Sequence record: NC_048046.1
DNA: 64,000 bases
Strand: one strand, 5' to 3'
Shown: piece after piece, positions 1-8,860 of the stretch
How positions within the stretch are numbered: the first letter of the stretch is position 1
How the letters are laid out: the number at the start of each line of letters is the position of its first letter
Translations under genes and position numbers: made by a program
The notes under the pieces: model-generated
Database searches by the model: none
What the model was told of the DNA's origin: nothing
Seen by the model: the letters and a program-made list of their open reading frames with translations, nothing else

Positions 1-552
1 GGGGACCCTTCGAAATTAGGGTAGAAATAGGCTAAAAAATAACTAAGAATTTCAGAGCCCGGCCCCGACCCCGAGCGCTCATCTACATTTGGTGCCAATT
101 TCGACATCACCCCATAGATGTGGGGCAAATCTTGGGCTCTAGACACCTGGGATTCTGCGGGGCGCGTTAACCATGTTTGTTTACGTTAATGCACCCTCGG
201 CCGGTAACCCTAATTCGTAGCCTTAAAATCCCCCGACTTTACCTGGAGTATGGCCCAGGCACTACCCGGTCAGACCGCTCCGGTATGGCCGCGAGATCGG
301 CGCGTCGACAGCCTCAGCGGCCTGTCTGCGCCCTGACAGCCGCCGGCGCCTGCCGACAAACCTACGGACCTCAGCCACCAAACCTACGGAGTCCGGCGAT
401 CGAGGTCCGCAGGTTGGGGGACCCTTAGAAATTGACCGGGGGACCCTTCAAAATTCACCCACCAGGGACCCTGGAAATTTCACCGGGGGACCCTTCGAAA
501 TTCTGCCTCCGGGGACCCTAGGAAATTCTGGAGCCAGGGACCCTGGAAAATT
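1..552 (+). repeat. Terminal GGGACCCT-N2-3-AAATT direct repeats (7 copies); probable genome-end/packaging signal
   Basis: Copies start at about 2, 418, 440, 465, 487, 512 and 537. The last six are spaced about 22-26 bp apart and the window begins exactly on a copy. The function is inferred. Confidence 0.8.
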
Positions 553-800
553 CACCCAGAATTTGGCCGGATCACCGGCCTATTTAAGCCCAACCCTCAG
601 ATCGGCATAAATATCGGCGATTTTACCCCATTTTCGGCCCAAAAACCCTTAAAAATCAGCTTTTTAGTCCCATTTCAGCATCGGCAACGCCCGCTCCGCG
701 CCCTGACTGACCGCAGTCATCCTTCAGCGCAAATGTGACTCACCAACCTGTCGTCACAATTCCTCCCACGTTTTCAACACGTTACAGAGTCACGTCTCAA

Positions 801-940
801 ATCCGGCCACGCCCAGCCCGATCCGGTCATCCGGCCAAACCTTAATCCGGCCATATCCGGACATCGCCTCGTCCCAGAAACTTCAATGAAATCAATAAAC
901 CCTCCACACCAAACGTGACTATCCGGACATATCCGGCCAC
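801..940 (+). repeat. Cluster of 7 ATCCGG(C/A/T)CA direct repeats
   Basis: Copies at 801, 821, 829, 845, 855, 921 and 931 in non-coding DNA. Confidence 0.75.
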
Positions 941-990
941 GCAAACGTGACTCTCGACATATTGCTGCACCGCAGCATAGCCCCAGCCCG

Positions 991-1039
991 TACAACCCAT
1001 TTCGGTTGTATTTCCGCTTTACAACCAATAACGGTTGTA
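991..1039. promoter_or_regulatory. Tandem pair of 20-bp palindromes TACAACC-N6-GGTTGTA (operator-like)
   Basis: 991-1010 and 1020-1039 have identical 7-bp arms and different 6-bp spacers. Confidence 0.7.
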
Positions 1040-1426
1040 TCTGCCCAGGCACATCCCCTCATCCCTGTCAACCCCACCTACCTGCGACCACCTCGCAGTC
1101 CTGATTTGGCAGAAACGAGACTGTGTCGCCGGCGCCGCGCCCCTGCGTTATCGTGCCGCGCTTGCCAGAGCGCCAGGATCGTGCCCTACTGTCGATCGGG
1201 AGCCGGCCTCCCTGGCTCAAGTGCTTCGGCGTAGCGGGAAGATCGAACCCAGCCCCGTGACTCGCTGCAATGCCGCCTTGAGCGACCTCGATCGTCTCTC
1301 CCAAGCGATATCGAGGTCAGGCCGGCTCCTATCCCACCTCCAGGTCACCCAAAACAGGGCTAGTGGCGCGGATTCACCCGTTTTTGGGCTAGTCTGGGCT
1401 CAAAACAGCCTAAATCGGGCGAAAAA

Positions 1427-1575
1427 CTCGACAAAACGCCATTTTATTCGCAAAACTTGACGCGATTCCATTAATTTGACGCGACGTCATTCCATTTCGC
1501 CAACTTGACACGACGCCATTTCATTTCGCCGACTCGACATGACGCCATTTCATTCTCTTGACGCGACGCCATCCC
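1427..1575 (+). repeat. About 6 degenerate tandem repeats of 21-30 bp, consensus TTGACGCGACGCCATTTCATTTCGCC (iteron-like)
   Basis: Units start near 1428, 1457, 1476, 1505, 1534 and 1558. Confidence 0.75.
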
Positions 1576-1607
1576 GTTCTGCCCGGCGCTCGACCACCGC
1601 CCAGGTC

Positions 1608-1840
1608 GGTTAAGGTAAACGTCAGGCCCGTTAACCATGATCGTTAGGGTTAACGCCCAGGTAGGGTTACGAATTAAGGTAAACGCGGAGTTAGGGTTAA
1701 CGTTCGTTAAGGTTAACACCACGTCGCTCGGCTAACAGTAGTAGTGTTAACGTGCAACGCACTGTTAGGGTTACGAATTAAGGTTAACGCGCCCGGCGGT
1801 CATACCGGGTAATACTTAACGGGCGTTAGGGTTAACGCCC
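1608..1840. repeat. Dense cluster of TTAAC / TTAGGGTTAACG half-site repeats
   Basis: More than 10 TTAA/TTAG(GG) motifs, including TTAACCAT at 1631-1638, in an AT-richer non-coding stretch. Confidence 0.65.
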
Positions 1841-1847
1841 TAAGAGC

Positions 1848-1913
1848 GCGCAGCCTCGCCGTTGCGCCCCTACGGTTCGAAGAGCCCGGCCCTGCCGGGT
1901 CCTGCCCGGCTAC
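1848..1913 (-). ncRNA. Conserved non-coding element, copy 1 of 4 (candidate sRNA)
   Basis: Core GCCCCTACGGTTCGAAGAGCCCGGCCC at 1866-1892, downstream of the minus-strand box at 1931. Confidence 0.5.
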
Positions 1914-1980
1914 CTCTACACCCTAGCGGCTATTTCTTAACAAAACGTAAACGCCCGACACTTTCGCGCCGGGCGTCTCG

Positions 1981-2244
1981 TTATGCGTCGTCCGCTTGCG
2001 CGGCGGCGCCGTAGTCGTGTTGATCCCATAGGACGCCCAGCGTTTGGTCAGGGCTGAAATGGGGGCAAACCGTTTCGATTGTGTCGTAAGTCTCCCGGAA
2101 GGCGAGCGCGTCGTCATCCTGGAGCCAAACCGACGTTTTGGCGGCCTTGTTGCGCAGCGTGTACGCCGCGCCGTTGCCGTAGCTGTCAAGGGCGAAGCGT
2201 TCGCCCTCCGATATGCGAATCGGGCCTGAGTACATGGTCAGCAC
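1981..2244 (-). CDS. Hypothetical early protein (87 aa)
   Basis: Protein-like composition; overlaps the next minus-strand ORF in an operon-like way. Confidence 0.75.
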   Translation of the reverse strand: MLTMYSGPIRISEGERFALDSYGNGAAYTLRNKAAKTSVWLQDDDALAFRETYDTIETVCPHFSPDQTLGVLWDQHDYGAAAQADDA

Positions 2245-2498
2245 CCCGTCGGGTCGGCCTTGGCGTAGCGCCAGCGCTCGCCGTCATGCCAAAGCCCGGT
2301 TGAGTGAACCGTTCCGTACTCGCGAATCTCGCGACGGGCGGTTTCGGGGTCGATTCGGTCGTATCGCCACCCCTTGCCGGCCGAGTCTTCGGAGGCTTGC
2401 GCCTCGCGTAGCTCTTTGGCCGTCATTTCGAAGATGTGGCGGGAGTAGCCGACGATTTCACCGGCCTCTTTCATGGGAATTCGGCGCATGACGTACAT
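2238..2498 (-). CDS. Hypothetical early protein (86 aa)
   Basis: Protein-like ORF with a GGAG RBS upstream. Confidence 0.75.
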   Translation of the reverse strand: MYVMRRIPMKEAGEIVGYSRHIFEMTAKELREAQASEDSAGKGWRYDRIDPETARREIREYGTVHSTGLWHDGERWRYAKADPTGC

Positions 2499-2600
2499 GT
2501 CGCGTTCTCCGAAGGCGCCGGGCGTTTCCGCCCGGCGCTAGGTTACCAGAGCGCCCAGAGAATGAGCGCGGCGAGTAGCAGGGGCGTAAGCTTGATCAAG

Positions 2601-2894
2601 CTACAGCCCCAAGGCATGGGGGACGCCCCAAACGGCCGCCGCGTTGCGCGGGCGGGCGTCAAGGGCCAATCGCCACCGGTAGAGGTATTCTCGCGCCGCC
2701 GCTTGTTCGGGCGTCCGGCCGTGTCCGATACGCTCCGCCATGCGGGTTGCGACGTCGGAGCCGGGAACCTTGCGCACCGGGTCGGAGCACATGTCCGCGA
2801 AGAGCGCGCACGCCTCTTTGATTGCCGGCGCGTTGTCCGCGAAGGACTGGCGCAAGAAATCGACGAGAGGGACGCGTTTAGGCGTTTCGTTCAT
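2601..2894 (-). CDS. Hypothetical early protein (97 aa)
   Basis: First ORF downstream of the minus-strand box at 2955. Confidence 0.75.
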   Translation of the reverse strand: MNETPKRVPLVDFLRQSFADNAPAIKEACALFADMCSDPVRKVPGSDVATRMAERIGHGRTPEQAAAREYLYRWRLALDARPRNAAAVWGVPHALGL

Positions 2895-3065
2895 AGGGCC
2901 TCACGATGTCAAAGAGCGCGGCGGGGTTGTCCGCCGACCCCTGCAATCTCGCACCTATTTCTTAACAAGACGTTAACGGCCGAATCTTTTTTGCGTTTAC
3001 GTTTTGTTAAGGAATGGGCGTTAGGTTGCTCTCGACGGCGCAACCCGCGCCCCTGGAGCAAGGCC

Positions 3066-3473
3066 ATGTTTTCGAACCTCCCGCCGCACCTCTTCGTTTC
3101 GTCCGCTGGCGGCGACCTCTTCGACACCCGCGACCCGGATTGGAATTTCAAGCCGCCGCTTCGCCGCGCCTATTCGACGGCCGCCGACCCTATCGAGACG
3201 CTTTCTCAGGTCAAGGCGGCCTTGCGGGCGGGTCCTTACGCTTGGCCGGGCGGGTATCCCCTGTATTTCGTCACCCGCGACGGCGCCGCCCTGAGTTTCG
3301 ACGCCGTGCGCTCGCAATTCGCCAGCGTGGCGGATGACTTCATGTCGGACTCCTCGACGGGCTGGCGCGTCTGCCGTGTTGAAATCAACTATGAGGATTC
3401 CGACCTGCGATGCGACCACACGGGGAAAGCTATCCCCGCCGCGCACGGTGACGACGAAGACGAACCGGCTTAA
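3066..3473 (+). CDS. Hypothetical protein (135 aa; AWPGGYPLY motif, C-terminal CDHTG)
   Basis: ATG at 3066 after a CCTGGAG RBS and the box at 2996. This is the plausible 3' part of the 345-aa track ORF. Confidence 0.8.
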   Translation: MFSNLPPHLFVSSAGGDLFDTRDPDWNFKPPLRRAYSTAADPIETLSQVKAALRAGPYAWPGGYPLYFVTRDGAALSFDAVRSQFASVADDFMSDSSTGWRVCRVEINYEDSDLRCDHTGKAIPAAHGDDEDEPA

Positions 3474-3539
3474 CCTTTTGTTAAGAAATAGCCGGTAGGG
3501 TGAAACCTGCCGGCGCATCCCGCGCCCTGGAGCCTGCTT

Positions 3540-3833
3540 ATGTCGCACGTCTATGACATCGAATATACCGACACGTTCGCCGGGGAGGCGAATTACTCAT
3601 GGGTTCGCCGGGCGACCGTGACCATGCCAGAGCTAACCCATTACGGGTATGACGGCGGTTCGAACTACTCCAAGGCGAACAAGGTTTTTAACCGCGAACT
3701 CATGAAGCGCGCCAAGGCCGCCATGGGCCTGACGGGCGTCAAGGGCGTCTCGACCACGCACGGGGACACCCTGGAGTTTCGCCCCTACGGCTCCGCGACG
3801 GTCCTTTTCGCCAACTATCGCGAAATAGACTGA
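3540..3833 (+). CDS. Hypothetical protein (97 aa)
   Basis: Box at 3470, leader hairpin and CCTGGAG RBS; followed by a hairpin at about 3840-3867. Confidence 0.8.
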   Translation: MSHVYDIEYTDTFAGEANYSWVRRATVTMPELTHYGYDGGSNYSKANKVFNRELMKRAKAAMGLTGVKGVSTTHGDTLEFRPYGSATVLFANYREID

Positions 3834-3902
3834 CCACGACGCCCGGCGCCTGGACGGCCGCCGGGCGTTCGCTTGCCCAGCCCGTTAACCATGTTTTTGA
3901 AA

Positions 3903-3969
3903 AGCGCCCAGCCTCGCCGTAGCGCCCCTACGGTTCGAAGAGCCCGGCCCCGCCGGTCCCGCCGGCTAC
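3903..3969 (-). ncRNA. Conserved non-coding element, copy 2 of 4
   Basis: Core at 3924-3950, downstream of the minus-strand box at 3987. Confidence 0.5.
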
Positions 3970-4096
3970 AGGTCCAATCTAGCGCTCATTCCTTAACAAA
4001 CCGTAAACGCGAGAATCTTTTTCGTGTTTACCTTTTGTTAAGAAATAGGGTCTAGTGTTCTCGTGTCGGGCGGATCGGCCGCCCTGGAGAACCTGA

Positions 4097-4681
4097 ATGC
4101 AAAACATGCCCAAGCATGACCGCGAAGTCATCTGCGCCATCGTTACGCACGCCCTGGCGCTCGGCTATGAAGTCGCCTGCGCTGATACCGAACTCGACTG
4201 GACGACTGACCCGGCCGCGATCTTCGCCGACCTCGGCGAGTGCGACGAAGAGCGAATCAGCTTCCGCAAGCCCGGCGACCCGACGCGCAAGCATTGGGTT
4301 TATCTGGTCTACGGGAACGGGGAAGGCGAAACCGTCTGCGACTACCGCGCCGACGCTGAAACCCGCGAAATCCTCGCCGTCGCCGACGCCCTGGCCAGCG
4401 TGCAAGACATGGAAGCGCTCGCGCTCCAGCACCGCAAGCCCTTCACGGAAGACGTGGGCGGCGACCTGCAACTGTCCATCGCCTGGACCGGGACTGGTTT
4501 CATGTACGGGCTCGCCCGTGGCCCGGACGCGCCTTCGCTGGACCTTCGGCGCCTGCAAGCGGTGTCTTGGCTCGCCACGCGCCCCGCCGACGACTACCGG
4601 AGCGCCGCCACCGTTGACCAAGTCGTCGCGGTCATGGCGGAAGTCGACAAGGTCCCGCACCTGATCGAACGCGCCGCCTAA
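4097..4681 (+). CDS. Hypothetical protein (194 aa)
   Basis: Box at 4027 and CCTGGAG RBS; terminator-like hairpin at 4688-4712. Confidence 0.8.
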   Translation: MQNMPKHDREVICAIVTHALALGYEVACADTELDWTTDPAAIFADLGECDEERISFRKPGDPTRKHWVYLVYGNGEGETVCDYRADAETREILAVADALASVQDMEALALQHRKPFTEDVGGDLQLSIAWTGTGFMYGLARGPDAPSLDLRRLQAVSWLATRPADDYRSAATVDQVVAVMAEVDKVPHLIERAA

Positions 4682-4783
4682 ATCGAACGCCCCGGAATCT
4701 TTTTCCGGGGCGTTTACCTCTTGTTAAGAAATAGCCGTTAGGTTGCTCTTGTGGCGGGACGGTCCCGCCCTGGAGAAGACCCG

Positions 4784-5182
4784 ATGAACGAAGCCCAAAC
4801 CAACGCCGCCGCCGCGATCAAGACCACGGGTGAAACGATCCTGGCGAAGATCGAAGCGGCCCGCGCGGAAGTCGCGGCGAACCCGCACCTCGCCGGCCAA
4901 TTCTACCTTGTCGCCGACACGGGCGGCGGTCTGGTCGTGAACTCGGACGGCGCGCACGGCTACCGCCTGAGCGGCATGTTTAGCCCCCTGACTCTGGCCT
5001 TCGACGCCACCGCCAAGGAAGAGGCCTATAAATTCGCCGGTCACTGGAATCGCCGCATAACGCCGGCTCAACGGGCCTCGCGCTGCACCGTCACCGTGAC
5101 GACCCGTGAGGAGGCCTGGAGCGCCCTCGAAAAGTCCTGGCGCGAAACCTTCGCCATGATCGAAGCCGCCAAGAAAGACTAA
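4784..5182 (+). CDS. Hypothetical protein (132 aa)
   Basis: Box at 4713, hairpin, RBS, ATG at 4784; hairpin at 5189-5212. Confidence 0.8.
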   Translation: MNEAQTNAAAAIKTTGETILAKIEAARAEVAANPHLAGQFYLVADTGGGLVVNSDGAHGYRLSGMFSPLTLAFDATAKEEAYKFAGHWNRRITPAQRASRCTVTVTTREEAWSALEKSWRETFAMIEAAKKD

Positions 5183-5283
5183 GGCGAGCGCCCCGGCCGA
5201 AAAGCCGGGGCGTTTACCTCTTGTTAAGAAATACCCTCTACAGTCCAACTTGTCGGCGCATCCCGCGCCCTGGAGCAAGTCCC

Positions 5284-5430
5284 ATGCGTAAGCCTCGCCT
5301 GTATTTCGAATATTACGGCGTCACCGTCTGGCGCAACACGTCGCCCGGCTTCGCCCTGCGCTGGAGTGGCGGCGGGTACGCGGCCGACACCCAAGAGGGA
5401 ATCCGCCGCCTGATCCGTGAGGGTCGATGA
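5284..5430 (+). CDS. Small hypothetical protein (48 aa)
   Basis: Box at 5213, CCTGGAG RBS, ATG at 5284. Confidence 0.7.
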   Translation: MRKPRLYFEYYGVTVWRNTSPGFALRWSGGGYAADTQEGIRRLIREGR

Positions 5431-5714
5431 GCAACGCCGCCCGCGCCGAAAAATGGATCGGCCGCGTTGAGCAAGGAGTCGGCCGCGCCCTCGAAAGAGC
5501 GGCGCGGTCCCGGCCCTTCGCTATCGAGGCGGAGGCCGCCCCGTTCCTGGCGACCTTCAAGCGTCAGGCCGCCGGACATGCCGCGCGCGCCCAGACCCTG
5601 GCCAGCCAAGGCGACCGCGTCGGCGCCTTGGTCGAGGCGGGACACGCGCAACGGTGCGCCGCGAACCACGCGAGAATTTTGGAGGCCGTCGACTCCGTCT
5701 TAACCTCTTGTTAA
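5427..5714 (+). CDS. Hypothetical protein (95 aa)
   Basis: ATGA overlap with the upstream gene. Confidence 0.7.
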   Translation: MSNAARAEKWIGRVEQGVGRALERAARSRPFAIEAEAAPFLATFKRQAAGHAARAQTLASQGDRVGALVEAGHAQRCAANHARILEAVDSVLTSC

Positions 5715-5770
5715 GAAATAGGGGCTAGGTTGCTCTTGTGGCGGGACGGTCCCGCCCTGGAGAACCTGAG

Positions 5771-6037
5771 ATGAGCACCCTTCCCGTTCGGACCCTGGCG
5801 CAAATCGGTCACCTGACTTGGGTGGCCACGCGCAAAGGCGCCGGCTTCGATGCGGCGTTCGCCGATAGTGACGACGCTATCCGCCACGCCATGAACACGG
5901 GCGGCAACGTCGGCCACACCCTCCTAGGCTGGATTGACATGTTCAGCCCTTCGGCGACGTTCGAAGAGAACCAACGGCAGGTCGCGGCCTTCCTCGAACG
6001 CGGCGACGAATTCGACCGCGTCATGGGCCAAGGCTAA
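5771..6037 (+). CDS. Hypothetical protein (88 aa)
   Basis: Box at 5700, hairpin and RBS; hairpin at 6043-6067. Confidence 0.8.
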   Translation: MSTLPVRTLAQIGHLTWVATRKGAGFDAAFADSDDAIRHAMNTGGNVGHTLLGWIDMFSPSATFEENQRQVAAFLERGDEFDRVMGQG

Positions 6038-6105
6038 GCCAAGCGCCCCGGCAGAAAAGCCGGGGCGTTTACCTTTTGTTAAGAAATACCCTCTAAGGTG
6101 ATCAC

Positions 6106-6170
6106 GTACCCGGCAGGACCGGGCGGGCCGGGCTCTTCGAACCGTAGGGGCACAACGGCGGGGCTGCGCG
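6106..6170 (+). ncRNA. Conserved non-coding element, copy 3 of 4 (inverted relative to the others)
   Basis: Reverse-complement core at 6125-6151, downstream of the plus-strand box at 6068; ends GCGCGTTTTTC. Confidence 0.5.
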
Positions 6171-6269
6171 TTTTTCAGCGCCTCGAAAAAGTTCACCGCG
6201 TTAACGTCTTGTTAAGAAATAGCGCCTAGGGTGGCTGTGTGGCGGGACGGTCCCGCCGGAGAAAACGAC

Positions 6270-6716
6270 ATGACCACGCAAGCCGCCCTCGCCGCCCGCC
6301 TGGACCGCGCCGCCCGGATCATCCGGGGCGAAGTCGCCGCCTCCAAGCGGAAAGAACGCAAGGCCCGCCGCGCGTTTTCCCGCGCCCTCGCCGGCATGGA
6401 CATTCCGACCTATGTCGCTTGGCTGAACGATCCGGCCGACTCCTTCGCCCTTACCGACGACGTCGCCCATTGGGCGCAAATCGGAATCACGAACGCCGCG
6501 CAACTCGGCGACTACCTGAACGGGTGCGTTCGTCGGGAAATGGAAAAGGACGCTCGCAACGGTTATTGCGATGACGCCTTTGACGACTACGCCGAACGCG
6601 GCGGCTACGGCGGCGGCGATGACGGGGAGGGCTACACCTTCGACCGCGACCGCGCCGAAGGGATCGCCGCCGACAAGGCCAAGCGCGACGCCATGCACGA
6701 AGACATGCCGTTTTAA
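6270..6716 (+). CDS. Hypothetical protein (148 aa), basic N-terminus and acidic C-terminus
   Basis: Box at 6201, hairpin and GGAG RBS. Confidence 0.8.
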   Translation: MTTQAALAARLDRAARIIRGEVAASKRKERKARRAFSRALAGMDIPTYVAWLNDPADSFALTDDVAHWAQIGITNAAQLGDYLNGCVRREMEKDARNGYCDDAFDDYAERGGYGGGDDGEGYTFDRDRAEGIAADKAKRDAMHEDMPF

Positions 6717-6795
6717 CGGTTTGTTAAGAAATAGCGTCTAGAACGAAACCACGGGCGGCGGATCGGCCGCCGCCCGGACCTTCGGAGCCCCGAAA

Positions 6796-6948
6796 ATGTT
6801 CCTCTGGATTTGGACCGTCGCCACCGACGAACTGACCCCCGCCTATAAGAACCCGCCGGCCGTCGCGCCGGAAGGTTGCCTTTTCCTCATGGCGGCAAAC
6901 CAACGCCAAGCGGAACGCGCCCGCGACCTCGCCAAGGCCGCCGGCTAA
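6796..6948 (+). CDS. Small hypothetical protein (50 aa; MFLWIWTVATDEL...)
   Basis: Read manually and absent from the ORF track; box at 6713, hairpin and GGAG RBS. Confidence 0.65.
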   Translation: MFLWIWTVATDELTPAYKNPPAVAPEGCLFLMAANQRQAERARDLAKAAG

Positions 6949-6973
6949 ACCCCTCAATCTGGAGCGCAAGCCC

Positions 6974-7543
6974 ATGACGCAACGCTACCGCCTCGCCGAT
7001 CAAATCAAGGTCGCGAACGAGGTTTCGAATCTACTCTATTCGGCCTCCGACGTCGTCGCCGTCGCTGCGCAGTACGAAACGACGCCCGCCGGTCAAGCCA
7101 AGCTCGCCAAGCTGCGAAGCGACCTCATCGGCATGAGCGCCGGCGCCCTGACGCACAAGCCGCCGGCCGCCGTGCTCGAAACCCTCGTTTGGGTTGTCGA
7201 GTTGGCGCAAGATCGCGCTACCGGCGCGGACTTCAACACGCCGCAAGAGGCCCTGGACGAACACGACGCCTTAGCCTTCGTTTGCGACTGGCTGAAGGCT
7301 CAAGGTCAGGACGTGTCGCCGATCATCGGCGCGCAACCGTCTTCCGAAGCGCTCGCTAAGTTGGTAGCGGCTCGCGACGCCGCACAAGCTGAACTCGACG
7401 CGCTGGAGGTTCCGGCCCTGCCTGAAGCGGTTGACGTCGTCGCCGACGTTCTCCGCTACAAGGACGCCCAAGGCGACGCGGACGACGTCCTTTCCGCCCT
7501 GGCGCGCGCCGGCTTCAAGGTCGTTCGGGAAGGGGAGGCCTAG
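6974..7543 (+). CDS. Hypothetical protein (189 aa)
   Basis: CTGGAG RBS and typical codon usage. Confidence 0.8.
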   Translation: MTQRYRLADQIKVANEVSNLLYSASDVVAVAAQYETTPAGQAKLAKLRSDLIGMSAGALTHKPPAAVLETLVWVVELAQDRATGADFNTPQEALDEHDALAFVCDWLKAQGQDVSPIIGAQPSSEALAKLVAARDAAQAELDALEVPALPEAVDVVADVLRYKDAQGDADDVLSALARAGFKVVREGEA

Positions 7544-7546
7544 CCT

Positions 7547-7786
7547 ATGGCGCAAACCTTCCCCCACGTGCTGGCGTCGCAGCACTTCCCCGGCCGGGGC
7601 GCTACGGCGCCCGGATCGGTCGTCCTTCGCGACCTAGGCCCGACCGCGCCGCATCGCTACGTCACCCACTTCCGCAACGAAGAGGACCCGGCGAAGCCGT
7701 ATCACGTCATGGGCCACTATTTCGCCGAAGACGAGGAAGCGGACGCACAAGCCGATTTCCGTAAACGCTGCGCTCGCGGCTACTGA
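7547..7786 (+). CDS. Hypothetical protein (79 aa)
   Basis: GGAGG RBS; operonic. Confidence 0.75.
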   Translation: MAQTFPHVLASQHFPGRGATAPGSVVLRDLGPTAPHRYVTHFRNEEDPAKPYHVMGHYFAEDEEADAQADFRKRCARGY

Positions 7787-7814
7787 TCAACCCTCAGGAC
7801 AAGGAGTCCAGACC

Positions 7815-8006
7815 ATGACCGACAAGACCCCCGCCAAGCCGAAGAAAGCGCCCGCCAAGGCCAAGGCCGCCCCGGCTCCGAAGGAAGCCGCCGCCGCGCC
7901 CAAGACGCCCCGCAAGGCCAAGGCCGCCCCGGCTCCGGCCGCTCCGCGTCCGAAGGTGCGCGGCCTGAAAGCCGCCCTTTTCGGGGGCGCGTTCAACCGC
8001 CTGTAA
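7815..8006 (+). CDS. Lys/Ala/Pro-rich histone-H1-like peptide (63 aa)
   Basis: AAGGAG RBS; repeated KAKAAPAP motif. Confidence 0.65.
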   Translation: MTDKTPAKPKKAPAKAKAAPAPKEAAAAPKTPRKAKAAPAPAAPRPKVRGLKAALFGGAFNRL

Positions 8007-8099
8007 AACTTCCCGGCGTTTACCTCTTGTTAAGAAATAGGAGGTAGAACATAAACACGGGCGGCGGATCGGCCGCCGCCCGAACTCCCTGGAGGCCCC

Positions 8100-8408
8100 A
8101 TGGCCCGTAAGCTGACTCTCTCGCTGCTCGCGAACCCCGATTTGAGCATGGCGAACGTCACGACCACGTCGCAGCGTATCGAGGACTGGACCGACACCCT
8201 TTATCCCGAAGACGGGAGCGAAGGCGCTGAAATCGTCCTGCCGCCGGTCACGTTCGGCGCCGTGTATGAGCGCGCCGAAGACCTGCTGACCAAGTCGCAG
8301 CAACGCACCGCCGAACGGTCCCCGAATCGCGAAGTCTCGCCCGACCTCGCCGAACGTTTCGAGGGAGCGACGGCCACGACGAATGGCGGGCGTCGTTTGA
8401 CCCCATGA
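8100..8408 (+). CDS. Hypothetical protein (102 aa)
   Basis: Box at 8019, hairpin and CCTGGAG RBS. Confidence 0.75.
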   Translation: MARKLTLSLLANPDLSMANVTTTSQRIEDWTDTLYPEDGSEGAEIVLPPVTFGAVYERAEDLLTKSQQRTAERSPNREVSPDLAERFEGATATTNGGRRLTP

Positions 8409-8782
8409 TGAACTATGTTTGGCCGGTCGCGCTTCCCTACCGCGCCGAAGCCTCGCAAGTCGCCGCGCTGCTGCAAGAATTCTGCCCGGTCATGACTCTG
8501 GTCAACTTCGGCGACGACTCGCCGTTCTGCTCCGAGTCCCACGCCTTCGCGCTCTCGGGCGGCGGAATGAACCTCGCCGACCAAATCGCGACGGCCTATC
8601 TCTGCGCCGGCGTCGTTCCGCCCTCGTCTCTGCTGGAATCGCTCCCCGGCGTGATCAGCGATTATCAACGCGACAAGGTCGCCCCGGTCCTGCGCAAGGC
8701 CTATCGGAAAGCCGCCGATTACCACGCGTACCGGGCTAAGGCGATCCGCCGGGAAGCCGGCCGCGTCTTCACCAAGTCCTAA
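8405..8782 (+). CDS. Hypothetical protein (125 aa)
   Basis: Operonic; hairpin at 8789-8813. Confidence 0.75.
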   Translation: MMNYVWPVALPYRAEASQVAALLQEFCPVMTLVNFGDDSPFCSESHAFALSGGGMNLADQIATAYLCAGVVPPSSLLESLPGVISDYQRDKVAPVLRKAYRKAADYHAYRAKAIRREAGRVFTKS

Positions 8783-8860
8783 GCCTGGAGGCCCGGCGCA
8801 CCCCGCCGGGCCTTTAGCGTGTCTGGCGCGTTAACCATGTTCTAGAATTGCGGGCAGGTT

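Noticed and set aside
177-1722. ORFs in the left terminal region
   Set aside because: No RBS, low-complexity translations, and they overlap repeat tracts; treated as non-coding.
1644-1836. Eukaryote-like TTAGGG telomeric repeats
   Set aside because: Only about 4 dispersed copies, each part of TTAGGGTTAAC; better explained as CtrA-type half-sites.
1866-1892. tRNA genes suggested by GGTTCGAA in the four-copy element
   Set aside because: No cloverleaf, D-arm, anticodon arm or CCA could be built, and TTCGAA is simply palindromic.
2436-3065. 5' two-thirds of the 345-aa track ORF
   Set aside because: It overlaps minus-strand genes and two promoter boxes. The RBS and ATG at 3066 define the real gene.
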